DNA of 63,771 nt, filler included, from Craspedostauros australis (Eukaryota), in assembly GCA_030167865.1 (NCBI GenBank). It is 10 parts of 10 records of this genome, joined end to end, with 100 filler letters (N's around TTAATTAATTAA, not from the genome) between each part and the next. Parts side by side here need not be neighbours in the genome. Positions count along the whole stretch, not along the records: positions 14,332 to 35,147 come from JALAGF010002094.1; positions 35,248 to 36,886 come from JALAGF010002095.1; positions 36,987 to 38,967 come from JALAGF010002096.1; positions 39,068 to 49,414 come from JALAGF010002100.1; 6 more parts are not named here. One strand, given 5' to 3'. This document shows, in pieces, positions 31,198-44,553 of this stretch; position 1 is the first letter of the stretch; each line of letters starts with the position of its first letter. A program made the translations under genes and the position numbers. The notes under the pieces were generated by a model, which searched no databases, was not told the origin of the DNA, and worked only from the letters and a program-made list of their open reading frames with translations.

Positions 31198-34100
31198 ATG
31201 GAAGACGAGAACCCATCCAGCAGAGGCAACCGCCACGACGGCAAAATGCGAGGCGGAGGCCGCGGCGATCACAAATTGGACAGCAGGAACAACCACAACG
31301 GCACGAGCGCACGTTCCCATCACAGAACAAACAAAGGTGGTGCCATGGACAAGGCAGGCAATGCAGAGCCCATGATCGGTGCGATCTCCGTGACCCCTTC
31401 ATCTGCGACGGCCGATTCGGCGTCCACAGAAGCCGTTCTCCGCAATGCAGACTCACGTTCAATGGAAACAACGTCGGGCCAGCAGCCTTCAGGAATCAAG
31501 GCGCGGCGCATGAATCACATCGTCGCATCGCCCGCTTCCAACAAGACGCACGTGGACGAGGCCAAGTCGACGCCGAATGATAGACTTTCTCTCGCTCCCA
31601 CCAACGCATCGTCGTTGGAGTTGGGCAAACGATCTCAATCCAGCCAATTCTCAGTATCCAACAGCAAGGCCGGAGCCGCCATGCAATCTTTGGTGGGAAA
31701 TCTCCACGGCAGCGGCCACAACAGAACGGATTCCTCCGCGGAGTTATACAATAAGATGCTCATCGAAGACAGCCGCGACAAGCCAGCGGACGACAACAAT
31801 GCGAGTGGTGGCGCAGATATCCAACACGAAACTCGGTTGAATTCATTTCAGGCATCGTCCGATGGTCCCATGATCTCCATGAGAGACATTGCACCAGCCG
31901 ACGAACCGGAAGATCCGAGCTCCTCAAAGTTCCTGCCTGAAGCGGTGCTGTTGGAAGCAGACCCGGCCACATCCGTCAACGACGATCGCACTGAAGTCAC
32001 TGACGCCGAACGCCAGATGATACGCGAAAAGGCAGAGGAGGATGTGCAGAAGAAGATGGATGAAGCCACGGTGCATGCCACGGCTGCCGAGGAGTATGTC
32101 AAAGACGAAGATGTTTCCTCAAGCAACAAACGGTCCAAATCGATCATGATCTGCATCGCCCTTCTCATCGTGATCGGTGTCATTGTCGGCATTGTCGTGG
32201 GAGTCTCAGGCGGCAGCTCCGGCTCATCCAACTCTTCAAACAATAGCCCATCGGATGGCGGCGATGATGGGAACATGGCAACCGGAGCACCAGCCGCCGA
32301 CCCGGTCGCAACAGTGCCACCAACTCCGATGGCAACCATGCCACCCACCTTCTCTCCACTCATCGACACGGATGCTCCATGTACATCCAACAACTTCTGC
32401 GAGTGCGCTCTGGAGATCAACGACACTCACATTGGCGAGTCTCTCTTCGGCAACACAGCCGGTGCAACACCGGATGCGGTCAGCACATGCGATGGCATTT
32501 CCAGGAATGGCGCTGGTGTGTGGTATCGCATGAGGAATAAACCCTTCATGGACAGCAACAGCAATCTAGGGGACACTCCGACCCAGCGCAGATTCTTCGC
32601 GTCACTCTGCGCAACACCTCCCGCAAACGACGGCAATGCCGATGAGCCCTTCCTAGAAGAAACTAACTTCGACAGCCAGATCTCGATCTTCACTGGCGAT
32701 CGATGTGACCGATTGAAATGTGTTGCAGGCAATGACCAAGGTGGATCTGGCTGCGACGACAAGAGCCGCGCATCGTTCGCTTTCAATACACAAGATGGTG
32801 GAGGCGGTGGCGGAGCTATTGATGAGACGTATTACATCTACGTTCATGGTTTTCGTTCTTCTCGTGGTGAATTCGTGATGCAACTTTCGGAGATGCCCAA
32901 CAATCTCCAATGCGAGGACGCCATCCGTGTATTTGCGAAATCATCCGTGGTCTCAACCACCAAAGGCGCAACCATCCAGCCACCGGAGATTGGAGATTGT
33001 GGAAACGCCATTTCCTCCGCACCCGGAGTTTGGTTCCAAGTGGAATTCGATGCATCCGACCTTGAGTTCATCAACAGTTTTTTCATGCGCACAAGTCCCA
33101 TCACTGACGGGTTCATCCCACAAGTATCGGTGTTCAGAGGCGACAGCTGTGGTGAGCTTCGGTGTGTCGGAGGTAACACCAAAGATACCAGGATATCTCC
33201 AGAAGTCGGGGTCAAGTATCATGTCCTTGTGCATGGGCTCGGCAACAGTGTCGGCGATTTCGTCTTCACCGTCACATCATCCAGCGAACAAGACCCACCT
33301 CCTCCACCACCGCCCCCAGCGGAGTGTGAATCGGCAATCGGATTGCCCGTGGGTTCCTTCGACAAGCAGGCACGATCAAAGCTAGGTCCTGGAGCTGATC
33401 CAATCGTATCTTGCGCCAACGATGTTCTCGTCGACATCAGAGGCAATCCTTCGTATACGTACCGAGGAAACTGGTTCAACACGACCGGGACCGGGGCACT
33501 TCTGCGTGCCTCGACATGTGACACAAGGACAAATTTCGACACCAGGATTCATGTTCTGGTGGGGTCATGTGGTGATCTTCAATGCGTCGATGCCAACGAT
33601 GACGTTCCATCGCCTACAGGCACGTCAGGTCGCGACACTGAATCGTGCAGTGTTGTGGAATGGTACGCGCATGAAGGTGTGGAGTACAAGATCATCGGTA
33701 CGTACTGTCGAGTATGGTACCCTTGCAAAGGGTGGTGTTTGTGGTCCTGATCTTTGCATACACGTTGTGGATCGGCGGTTGATATCATTTGTTTGCGTTT
33801 CATTTACAATCCTTTGCAACTTGACTCCCCTTTGTTCTTTCAACTTCTGACACTTGCAATTACTCATCATCTCCTCATTCTCTCAAATGCATCGGTCGTT
33901 TATCACCGCACTCTCATAGTTCATGGGTCCGTGGATCGACCAGGAGCTCGGACCTCTGTCTTCAAGATCACATTGGAAGAGGTTGAGTCTTCGGCAAACC
34001 AAACCTGCCTCATTGCAACTCACATACCGACTGATGGAACCACCACCATCACCACACTCGATCCAACCATCAAAACCATGGATCAGATGGATCCCGTTAT

Positions 34101-35147
34101 TCCCATCATCGTCGGTGACTCCGGCATTGCTTCTGACAACCACGACGAGTATCTATTCTGGTACACTGTCAAGGGAACTGGCACATCTCTCACTGCATCC
34201 ACTTGCCATCCAGGATCCATGCTACCAGCCACATCGGCAGCCGCTGCCACTTCCACATCCATCTTCATCCTCACCAATGATGGTAACGATGACACCACCA
34301 CATCATGCGACGACCTTCGTCAGCTCATCGATGTGACTTCAACAGCTCCATCACCCGAGTTCTTGGTGCACGCACCCTGCAATGATCACATGTCCGCCAC
34401 ATGGAAGACCACATTCGATCAACAATACTTCGTCGTCGTCAAGCTCACAGTCGTTGACAACACAGCCATCGACAACACCGCACTTCATCCAACCTTCACC
34501 CTCACTGTGGAGGATGCCGCTGTCAACGACAAGTGCAGATCGGCCATCGGTCCACTCCCTTTCGATGGACAGTACAGAACCATCACGACACGAAGCGCGA
34601 CCCGCAGCTTCATCAGCGTCAACGGTGATCGATCCATCACGGACTATCCAACATGTCCCTCCACCCTCTCTTCCATCATGGACAACGTGGACAACGTGGA
34701 CAACATGGACAACATGGATGGAGCGGATGGACGTGATGTGTGGTTCTCCTTCATTGGCAACGGGATGGACCTCATCGCATCCACATGCTCCATCTACACA
34801 CAGTTCAACACACAGATGACGATGTACCGTGGTGATGAATGCACATCGTTGTCATGTGTGGCTACTTCTGCAACCACCAACGATGGCAATGACTATGACA
34901 ACGACGATACAACTACACCACGTGGAATGGAGATGAACTGCAGCGATGTGTTCTTGAGCGAGGATCGTGACTTCAACAAGATCGCACAGGGCAGAGGAAG
35001 ATCCATCCGCTGGACAGCGAAGGAGGACGTCCTGTACTTCATCCGTGTGTCAGGTCGTGATGTGAATGAGGACTATGGTGTGGTGGACTTTCGCATCTCT
35101 CCCAGCAACGATGTGTGCAGTCGAGCGAAAGTGGTGAGGTTGACGGC
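31198..35147 (+). CDS. Large single-pass membrane protein with at least five repeated Cys-containing beta domains; intron 33698-33919; 3' truncated
   Basis: Disordered N-terminus, then TM IMICIALLIVIGVIVGIVVGV. Repeats follow the pattern GVWY/F...ASTC...FDT.I.V..G.C..L.CV..ND...Y.I.VHG. A GTACGT...CATAG intron joins KII-VHG in frame. Confidence 0.8.
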
Positions 35148-35562
35148 NNNNNNNNNNNNNNNNNNNNNNNNNNNNNNNNNNNNNNNNNNNNTTAATTAAT
35201 TAANNNNNNNNNNNNNNNNNNNNNNNNNNNNNNNNNNNNNNNNNNNNTGTTTTGTTCAGACCTTTTCTTGTTGATTGTTGCAGCTGCTGCATCCGTTCTT
35301 TCATCTTTGTCTTCGTCATTGCTGTTATCATCCTTGTCTCACTCTATGTTCGTAAACAATTCGGTGGACTCCGTCCTCGTGACTCGGGGAGGATGTCCAT
35401 CATGGCCGCTGTGGTATTCCCTGNNNNNNNNNNNNNNNNNNNNNNNNNNNNNNNNNNNNNNNNNNNNNNNNNNNNNNNNNNNNNNNNNNNNNNNNNNNNN
35501 NNNNNNNNNNNNNNNNNNNNNNNNNNNNNNNNNNNNNNNNNNNNNNNNNNNNNNNNNNNNNN

Positions 35563-36886
35563 CATTGCTATTGCCGCTGACAGTGCCATTGCTGGTGTGG
35601 TAGTTTTGGAACATGAGGTCCGCAAGAGACCTCATATCAGCAGAGAGCCTATCTTGGGTGTAGTGCAACTGAGAAGTCTCTCGCTCCACGCTGTCACGAT
35701 CCTCCTCCCAGCGGTGGCATGTATCGCGCATTTTTCTGTTGCTGATTCAACATGTGCTGGATGAATTGGCTGTTGTTGCTGTTGTTGTTATTGTCATTGC
35801 TACTGTCCCTGTCCTTGCTGCCATTTCTGTTGCCATTGCCATTGCCGCTATTGTGGATGTGTGCGCTTGCCTCCACAGCTGGTACTGAAAGGGGGGAAGC
35901 AGACCAGACCACCATGATTGGATGAAGTCCGGCTTGGGTGGGAGCAGGAGGCATTGCCACATGCAGCCAATCTGCGAGCTTGTTTCGGTTTTGTTCAGCC
36001 TGTTGAGGAGGCTTGCAGTATTCTGCATCTTCTGTTCCATACTCACGCGTGGCCTCTTCTCAGGCTTCGTTGTGGTGGATGACATGCAGAAAGATGAGGC
36101 ATTCTCTTCGCTTCCTGCTGCCTTCTGTTTGCGCGCGGCTTTGCCAGCCTATTCCTTTGATATTGCAGGGCGCAGGGCGAGCATGTGGGACCTTTGCTTG
36201 CTGGTGATGCTATTGCGTCCTTGAATTCTTTGCTCCAAGGTGACACAATCCTTGGCGTAGTCCTTGCGCTCCTGTATCAGGTTGGTGAGCTCATCGAGCC
36301 ACTGCTTCATATTCTCCGTCATGCCGCTGCAGCAAGGGGTGCGCTTCAGGAGTGTTTTGGTGAGCTCCATGAAGTTTTTGAATTGGTTGGCCAATGCGGA
36401 CTCTTGTGGCATATTCAGCAACACTGTGGAGTTCTGCTGGTGAAGTTTGTTGCAGATGATTGTCCATGTTGTGCCAATGAGTGGTATCAATGGCTTGTTT
36501 GGAAGCCTGGTCATCACATTCATGGGGATTCTGTTGCATGGTTGCAGTATGTGCAGCCAAGGCAAGCAGTCCACCTTTCCCTTCAGTTTGTAGTACATTG
36601 GAGGGAAACGCTATGCGGCCTTGCCAACAGTGGTGGTGGGATCAGGCCATGAAGTGGGCTGATTACTGTTGCTACCAACCGTCACAATTTTGAAGACTGA
36701 GGTAGGAGGAGCTGGCAGCTTCTTGCAATGGCATGCCCTCTTGTTGTTCGTCTGGTCCGTAGATGGCGGTGTTGTGCAGGGTAAGCCATCAGTGACAGAC
36801 ACAGTGCGGGATTCGTTGTTGTTGCATTCCATGTAGGCAACACCTGCATCCTGAGGAGACTGCACCAACGTGAATACATTGGGAAA
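35563..36886 (-). pseudogene. Decayed, CpG-depleted coding-like sequence with broken coiled-coil-like ORFs
   Basis: Several short same-strand ORFs (36598-36149, 36085-35747) in TG/CA-rich sequence. No family recognised. Confidence 0.3.
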
Positions 36887-36986
36887 NNNNNNNNNNNNNN
36901 NNNNNNNNNNNNNNNNNNNNNNNNNNNNNNTTAATTAATTAANNNNNNNNNNNNNNNNNNNNNNNNNNNNNNNNNNNNNNNNNNNN

Positions 36987-38967
36987 AGAAGGCATCGGTA
37001 ACATCAACGTTGTCATCTCCACAAGCTGTGGATCCAGCTTCACCTACCTTGTCCAAGGGCCAACAGTCACTTTCCTTGGCATGGGTAGTATGCGAGAGCG
37101 AAAGTTCCGGCACCAAAAGCAGTCAACCATCATCGAAGCATTCATACCTCCTGACGGTGACTATGGATTATGCACATACTCAATCGAGATCTACCCAACA
37201 CAGGACTTCCATGATTCGTACATGACATCAACACCGTTCGTGTTCACAACCATCGTGACTCTCGTCTTCGCGTTGACCTCGTTGGTGTTCGTTGGTTACG
37301 ACAAGCTCGTTCAACGACGGCAGGAGAAAGTGATGAATTCCGCCGCGAAGACAGATGCCATTGTCTCGGAACTCTTCCCCTCCGAGTTCCGCGATCGATT
37401 GTTCCACAATCGAATTAGAGCCAGCAGCACCAATAAACTTGGTGCCATGCCACAGAAAGGTACGCTCACAGGAAGCAACGTGACAAATGGCGCTGGTACC
37501 GGCGGATCACCTGTCGCAGATTTATTTCCGCACACGACAGTGATGTTCGCAGACATCCAAGGTTTCACGGCATGGAGCTCAATGCGCGAGCCCACGCACG
37601 TCTTCACACTTCTGGAAGCTGTGTACAGCTCATTCGATCGGATCGCGAAGCGACGCAAGATCTTCAAGGTCGAGACTGTGGGGGATTGCTACGTAGCAGT
37701 AGCAGGTCTACCAACACCGCGCCCAGATCATGCGGTGATCATGGCGCGGTTCTCAAGAGAATGCGTCGTTGCCATCCAAGAAGTCGTCTGCAAGCTGGAG
37801 CTGTTTCTGGGCCCCGGAACCGGCAACCTCGGCATGAGGTTCGGGCTGCACAGCGGACCAACGACGGCAGGCGTCCTCCGCGGTGAGAAGGCGCGGTTCC
37901 AGCTGTTCGGCGACACTGTGAACACGGCCGCCAGGATCGAATCGACCGGTCTACCCAACCGCATCCAGCTCTCGCAGCAAACAGCTGATCAACTTGTGGC
38001 CAGGAACAAGGCGCATTGGGTGAAGCCACGCGAAGATGTCGTCTTTGCGAAGGGCAAAGGCGAGCTTCGAACATTCTGGCTTTGCGACAACGACGGTGAC
38101 ATCATCCAAGGACGGTCTACCATCACGGAATTGAACCAACATACCAGTGTTTCCAATGTCACAACGAAGGAGCAGCAGGCCGACCTTCACAAGGCTCGTG
38201 CGAATGATCAGACCATTCAACGGCTGGTCGATTGGAACACGACGTTTCTGCTCAGGCTTTTGAAACAAGTCGTCGCAAGTCGAGATCCCCACCACAGCAA
38301 CCAAAGCATCGGCAACATGGCTGAGTCTCGACTGGTCGAACTGGAGAGTACGGTTGGGCTGTCCGACACCGTACTGGACGAGATGATGCCCGTCGTGGAA
38401 TTGCCAGACTTCGCGCACCGCCACAAGCACAGCGAATCGTCCCCCGTAGATCTTCCGATTGATACTGAGAAGCAAATGAAGGACTTCATCACACTGATCG
38501 CGGCATCTTACCGAGGTAATCCGTTTCACAACTTTGAGCACGCCAGTCATGTCGCCATGTCGGTGCACAAGCTGCTCTCCCGCATCGTCGCACCGAAGCG
38601 CCCAGACATCATTCATGAGATGGATGGGACGAATCAGGATGCGAGCTCGAGGCGAGGTGCCGAGGAACTGCACGATCACACATACGGCATCACTTCTGAT
38701 CCACTGACTCAGTTTGCCGTCGTCCTCTCGGCCCTCATCCATGATGTCGACCATCGAGGCGTATCCAACGCACAGCTCATCGCTGAGGACGCCGAACTCG
38801 GGAAGACGTACAAGAACAAGAGCGTCGCGGAACAAAACTCCGTGGACGTCGCCTGGGGAATGCTGATGGCCAATCGCTTCAAGGCGTTGCGACGATGCAT
38901 CTACACCAACGGAGATGAGATGAGACGGTTCCGGCAGATCATCGTCAATTCCGTCCTCGCCACCGAC
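36987..38967 (+). CDS. Membrane-anchored class III nucleotide cyclase fused to an HD-type cyclic-nucleotide phosphodiesterase; partial at both ends
   Basis: TM segment, then cyclase motifs VMFADIQGFT, FKVETVGDCY, GLHSGP, FQLFGDTVNTAARIES and KGKG. PDE motifs follow: YRGNPFHNFEHASHV, LIHDVDHRG and LATD. Confidence 0.92.
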
Positions 38968-39067
38968 NNNNNNNNNNNNNNNNNNNNNNNNNNNNNNNNN
39001 NNNNNNNNNNNTTAATTAATTAANNNNNNNNNNNNNNNNNNNNNNNNNNNNNNNNNNNNNNNNNNNN

Positions 39068-39374
39068 CTTCCGATCATACGTGGATCGCAAACTCATCGA
39101 GATCTACGCAATCGACACCGACGACCAGCTCGCTGACCTGTGGACGAAGCCTCTCGCGGACGACAAGTTCCACAAGTTCACAGAGCTCTCCATGGGATGG
39201 AAGTTCCCACAGAGGGACCAAGGTTGACAAGGGAGTGTGGGATTATTCCAGTGACTTAACTTTAAGGCACGGGAATTTCCCGATCGTGTCGGAAGCAAAC
39301 CTTCGATCATGATGAATTGATCATCGAATCATCCACGAATCGAAGATATCACTGCGCGCCACATTTTCTCAACA
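39068..39374 (+). mobile_element. 3' end of a Ty1/copia element: RNase H C-terminus, PPT and short LTR
   Basis: IYAIDTDDQLADLWTKPL with stop at about 39228. Purine tract AAGGGAG is followed by TGTGGG (39236) ... CAACA (39374). The LTR end is inferred. Confidence 0.75.
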
Positions 39375-39748
39375 ATGTCCATCGTGTGGGAGTCCGAAAA
39401 CACGATAACACAAAACACGCGATAAATGCATCCCAATCAACCGTGGAATTGGATGACAGATATCAACTCTACTGAATACGATATCGGAGTGCAGTCGCAA
39501 TGCAAGACCAAGACCAGAATAACACGGGACAGTGCGACCGAAACAAACAGAATGTCGACGATGCTCATGGCCGATAACGTGGCGCATCACGTCGAATGCA
39601 AACTGAATGATGATGATGATCACGGTCGTTCACACGAGAGATGCTGCTGACCCTGCAATTCGCAATCAGTCCAGAACAACATCTCATCCTCATCTCATAA
39701 TCCGAGAGTTCAAACAAACTCACCAACCAACAGTCAAACCAACTAATC

Positions 39749-40457
39749 TGTCAGGAATCGGGGGTACGACTCTGTCGAAGATACCCATGATTGCCGCAAC
39801 TCCCAACATTATTCGTCACACCATTGAATATTATCCATTCCACCCACGACACAAATCACATGTGAATGACCTCAGTCTTACCAAGCAAATCAGCCTGTCC
39901 TCAATGAATCAAGAAAAGCCACGACATCGAAATCATGTGAAGGAAGATGATGACCGACAGATTGGTGATCACCCCATCTGGAGATCAAGGCACGTGTCAC
40001 CCACGGACTAGAACAATTCAGAAAGAGCATCAACCATGGCATCAATCATGACACCAATCGTAAGGTTTGGTGTCAGGAGATCAAGAGAGAAACGCATGAC
40101 TGTGGAATCGTACCACAGGGAATGTAGAATGATGATATGCATGACGAGATGCATGACAAGAATGCCTGCGGATATGATCTCATGAATGCAAGCGAAGATT
40201 CATGATGATGATGAGATGCATGAATACAACAGTGTAACGCGATGTTGCTGCAGAAGATGCTATATGTGAAATGAAAGGCAAAGGAGCTGAAGAGAATGAA
40301 CTCACAGTTCTAAAATAGTACGATCTAACAACCAATTAGTTCCTACTAACATTAACCCCGGATTTCCAACACTAATCGACAACTAACGATAACAATTACC
40401 TGCAAACCTGAGCCCACGATCTCATCACTGCCTACGCCGGTCTAATCAGTGCTGACA
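39749..40457 (+). repeat. LTR-like dispersed repeat, copy A
   Basis: Starts TGTCAGGAATCGGGGGTACGAC...GATTGCCGCAACTCCCAACATTATT, contains AACCCCGGATTTCCAA and ends TGACA. Diverged copies are at 42624-43488 (-) and about 44554-45400 (+). Confidence 0.65.
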
Positions 40458-40470
40458 TCTGGACACAATA

Positions 40471-41991
40471 TCACCACATGTACGTCTTGTCGTTGACAAG
40501 CTTGCGCTGTGGTTCACCGGGCTTGGGCGCGTTGGACGACCAGCCCTGGCCGGCGTTGCGTTTGGCGTCGCGTTCCTTGGGCTTCCTGGAGTTGTTTCTC
40601 TTTCCGTCGTTCTTAGAGAAACCCTTGTGTTGCTCGAGAACGTTGGCGCTTGGATTCTGGACGGCGTTGTTGGCGTACGAGTACCTGGGCACGTTGCTAT
40701 CTTTGGTACGCCTGATGGCATGCCAGCGATTACCACGCACCTCGTTGTCGTACGACGACTGGGCCTTGTTGCAGATTGCCATCCATGTGAGATTTTTTGC
40801 GGCGAGCTTTGGGAGAGCGCGTTCGTACGTGAAGATGGGGAGACGCATGAGGATTTCCTCCAGGTCATCCTTCATCACATAGAGAGGACGTCGGTACTGT
40901 TCACCGGACCGAATCTGTCCTCCCACCTGAAGGAAGGCGTCGAGGATCTTGCGGAGGAGACGGAGGTCGAAGCGACCGGCGTCATCGAGGCGCTTGCAGA
41001 GGGCACGAAGGTGGACCTCCATGAGTCCAACGTTTTCGTTGGGGAAGCTTCTGCAGTTAACTTCGCGGATCTTGGATGCGAGAGCGTCTTCCTCATCCAA
41101 AGAGTTGGCCGAGTTGCCGTTCATGAATTCAATGAAGAGAGTGATGAAGTTGTCGTGGAACTCCGGCTCGATTCGGTTCATGAGCTGGTCTTCAAGACTT
41201 GGGTCAAGACTGTCGCGGAAGAATGCTGCGGCCGTCCAGTTGTTCTGGAGGTCGTAGTGATCCCACTTCAGGTGGTACTCGTTGAAGTGCTCAGTGGAAT
41301 CTTCGAGAGTGAAGGCGGCCGGTGAGTCCAGAACGCAGGTCATCTCTGACTCTGCTGTGTCGTCAGCGATGTACGCCATGGTGAGGAGTCCAGTTTTGGC
41401 CATGTGGTTGCACACCAGGCAGATGAACTGCTGGATGTTGCCTCCCTTCTTGAACTTGTCGGCAAGTCCTTGCTCTCGCTTGGACTGGTTAGTGGAGTCA
41501 GCACCGTCATGAAGGATTCTCTGTTGTTGAGAGTTGGTCCACCTGGTCTGTGACTCGTCTTGGAGGCCGGTCCACTGCGCGTTTGGTGCGCCTGCGGTCC
41601 AAGGTACCCATTTGCGTCCTTGCTTGAGGAGACCTCCCATGATGGGAACGGCGGGTTTCCCAGAGAGGTCATCGTCGTCGTCACTGTCCTCTACCAACTT
41701 TCTGCTCTTCTTGGGCATGGGAGTTTCCATGTCAAAGATGCTGTCGTTGAGGAAGGACTGGTCCGTCCGGGCTCGTGTGGCGTCAGCTGATAGGCTGCGC
41801 CCAAGACCGGAGCGGCTTGGGGTTGGGGTGGCTGTTGCTGCTGCTTGGGCAGTGGCTACAGCCGCGTTCGCTGCTTCTGCAGCGGCTTCGGTCGCCAACG
41901 TCGCCTGTGTGAGGCGAGCGTTCTCGACCGTGATCGCTTCGAGCTGCGCTTGCAGCTCTTCCAGCGTGGCAGGGGTTGTCTCTTCCGCCAT
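40471..41991 (-). mobile_element. Gag-like ORF of a diatom Ty1/copia (CoDi-type) element, truncated at the zinc knuckle
   Basis: N-terminal coiled coil, YDLQN...AAAFFRDSLDPSL and FPNENV. The ORF ends GWSSNAPKPGEPQRKLVNDKTYMW*, where a C-x2-C knuckle would begin. Confidence 0.65.
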
Positions 41992-42623
41992 GATGGATAG
42001 CGGGGACTTCTCGAGTAGTCTTCGGACTTCGAGTGGATCGATCTGTTTGCCTTCTCTTGCTCTTGCTCGGCTTCACTTCGTTGGAAGGTGTGCACTGAAG
42101 TTCGATGCAGGCTTGGAGAGGCTTGTACTCGGTCGGCGAGTGCGGTTATAGCTTGCTTTGGCAGAGGCTACTGAAGTTCGACTTTTGGTTGCTTACCTTC
42201 AGTTGGGACTTTTGTCCTCTTGAGTGGCTCGGTTTTCGAGCGTTGGGGGTCTGATTCCAAATCAGATGCATGCGATGAGGACGTGGTCCTTTGGTGAAGG
42301 CTCAGTTTGCGAGCTGTGCCTTTTGGCTTAGTCTCAGAGAGACTCTTGCGATCGGTTGGCAGAGGAAGATGCTCGGTGGAGTTGATAAGAGAGTATTTGG
42401 CAACCACTCGCAGCTACCAGTTAGGATTCGGGCGTAGACGGCGCGAATTGGTGGAGGATGCCTCTTGGATCTGCCGGCTTCGAGATAGCCGTGTGATGCA
42501 GTTCAAGAGAGGTGTACTGATTGAAGAGTTGTTACTGTAATGATGAGTAGAAGAGTGCTTTGTAGCTAATCCTTGTCTGTTTATTATGAGTTAGCTTGTA
42601 GTGTTAGTAGGGTGAAGAAACGA

Positions 42624-43488
42624 TGTCACACAACTTGGCGAGACCCTGCACTGATGTACTTGGTTCAGTGCTTGAGGGTAGACGATCATTACAGTGCCTT
42701 GCTCTCCATACATGTAAATACATTTTGGAAATCCGGGGTTATTGTTAGTACTGTAATCTAATCCGCTGTTAGAACTGTACCGTTTTAGAACTGTGAGCAC
42801 AATCTCACTTTCTCTTCCGATTTCATTCTTCATGGTAGGTATCTGTCGCGGTGGCGACACGAGGCGTCCTGTTGTTCCTAGGTGCTTCTCTCCCCATTCA
42901 TCATGCTCTGTTCTTGCTTCCTTGTCTTGGCATCGTTACTGCTTGCCTCTGCTTCATCGTAGCTATCTACGCTCGTATGGTAGGAATCTGCAGTCCTGAG
43001 CACTTGCCTATCATCTGCTTTCGTTGTTGATCTCATGACGCCATCGTTCCAAGATCGATGTCAGGCTTGGTGATGTTCCAAACCTGCAGATGTTCTGATC
43101 CTTTCTGATGTTCCAAACCTGCGGATGTTCTTGTCCGTAGGAGGGGCGCGTGCTGTCCTCTGAAGGAGGTGCGTCACTTGCCCATTGGCCTGCTGTTCTG
43201 ATCGACGTCGTCGTCTGCATGGTTGCCATGGGTGGTTTGGTATTGGGACCTCCTGATCCGTCATGGGTGTCGTCCTTACGTTACCAGAGGACAGACTACC
43301 CTCCTTGCAGTAGTACAGGTATCAATCACGTCCGTATCCTTAGTCATAGTCATAATGACATGGTATACAAAGGTGTGACAAATAGTCTCTGAACATGTGA
43401 CGAATAATATTCAAAGCTGTGACGAATAATGTTGGGAGGTGCGGCAATCACGGGTGTTCCGACAAAGTCGTACCCTCGATTCCTAACA
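42624..43488 (-). repeat. LTR-like dispersed repeat, copy B
   Basis: The minus strand starts TGTTAGGAATCGAGGGTACGACTTTGTCGG...GATTGCCGCACCTCCCAACATTATT, contains AACCCCGGATTTCCAA and ends TGACA. Confidence 0.65.
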
Positions 43489-43559
43489 AATACACTGCAG
43501 TGTAGATCATGACACCTGATAGTGACGGTCATGAAGCAGTGGATGTGGCTGGAGCTGAC

Positions 43560-44400
43560 CCTCGGATTCCATTGCTCGAGTTGAAGCAGGTTGGATACAC
43601 GTGTCAAGACTACGGCAGTGGTGCAGTAGTCATCAGCATGGAGAGAATCGAGGTATGTTGTAGTAAGAGGATCTGAGGAGCATATAGTTCCCAAGGTGAG
43701 GTGTGAGTCAGGTTGGTCATGCTTGAGTCATGATGGATTCGTGAATGGAGGAGAGAAAGGAGGAGAAAAGATTTGGTGGTCAATCAAGTCGAAAGATTTC
43801 ACGCCAAAACATATCAGCACAAAATCGAATAGTGCTAAGTTCGTTACTCCCGTAGCCCCCACTATCTATAAATTTCACTTGTGTTCGGTTCAGCAATCGC
43901 ATCGCCTGTAGCTCAACGGTAGAGCACCAGTAATTCTAACTGAGGTTCCGGGTTCGAATCCTGGCATGGTACTTTGCTTTTGCTCACCCCTTGTGATTTT
44001 TCGATAGTGCTCTAATAAAACAAGAATTTCTCCCATCGGGTTGATACCGTGTCCGGTAGTAGTCTGTCCCTTATTGAATCTCAATTCATCTTGATTGAGG
44101 TTGTAATTGAGAACATAGGTTGTCAAGCAATTGGAATTGCAGTTGGATTCCCTGCTTGTGTTGAAGCAGGGCGGATCTCCTTGTTGTTGTCGTGTGGAGT
44201 TGATTGTTGGCATGGCTGACAATGGAATCGAGATTGGCTGTAACACAAAGATTCAGAGGAGCATATAGTTCCTGGAGTGCGTTGAGTCCAGCGAATCAAT
44301 TGGTTTTGATTCAGCAATGATTCGTGAATGAAAGTGGGAGGAAAGGAGAAAGGAGGATTTTGCCGTATTCGTAGGCAGAAGGTTTCGCGCCAAAAGAACG
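43560..44400. repeat. Pair of diverged direct repeats (about 43560-43820 and 44145-44400)
   Basis: Shared blocks in the same order: GGATTCC..GCT...GTTGAAGCAGG, GAGGAGCATATAGTTCC, GATTCGTGAATG and TTTC.CGCCAAAA. Confidence 0.7.
43902..43971 (+). pseudogene. tRNA-like sequence (pseudo-tRNA or SINE head)
   Basis: A box TAGCTCAACGG and B box GGTTCGAATCC, with intact D and T arms. The acceptor stem pairs poorly and the anticodon loop AATTCTA is non-canonical (no U33). Confidence 0.7.
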
Positions 44401-44553
44401 CGGCAAAACAATTTCATGGTGCGACATGGGACACACAAAGTGGAAAGTAGTATGTTCTGTAGATGAACTTCAGCTACTGTCATCTGTGTGCCTGAGAGTA
44501 TTCACTTCGCATCCTGAGCATCCAAGCCTGTCGGAATAATTCGAAAGAATGTA

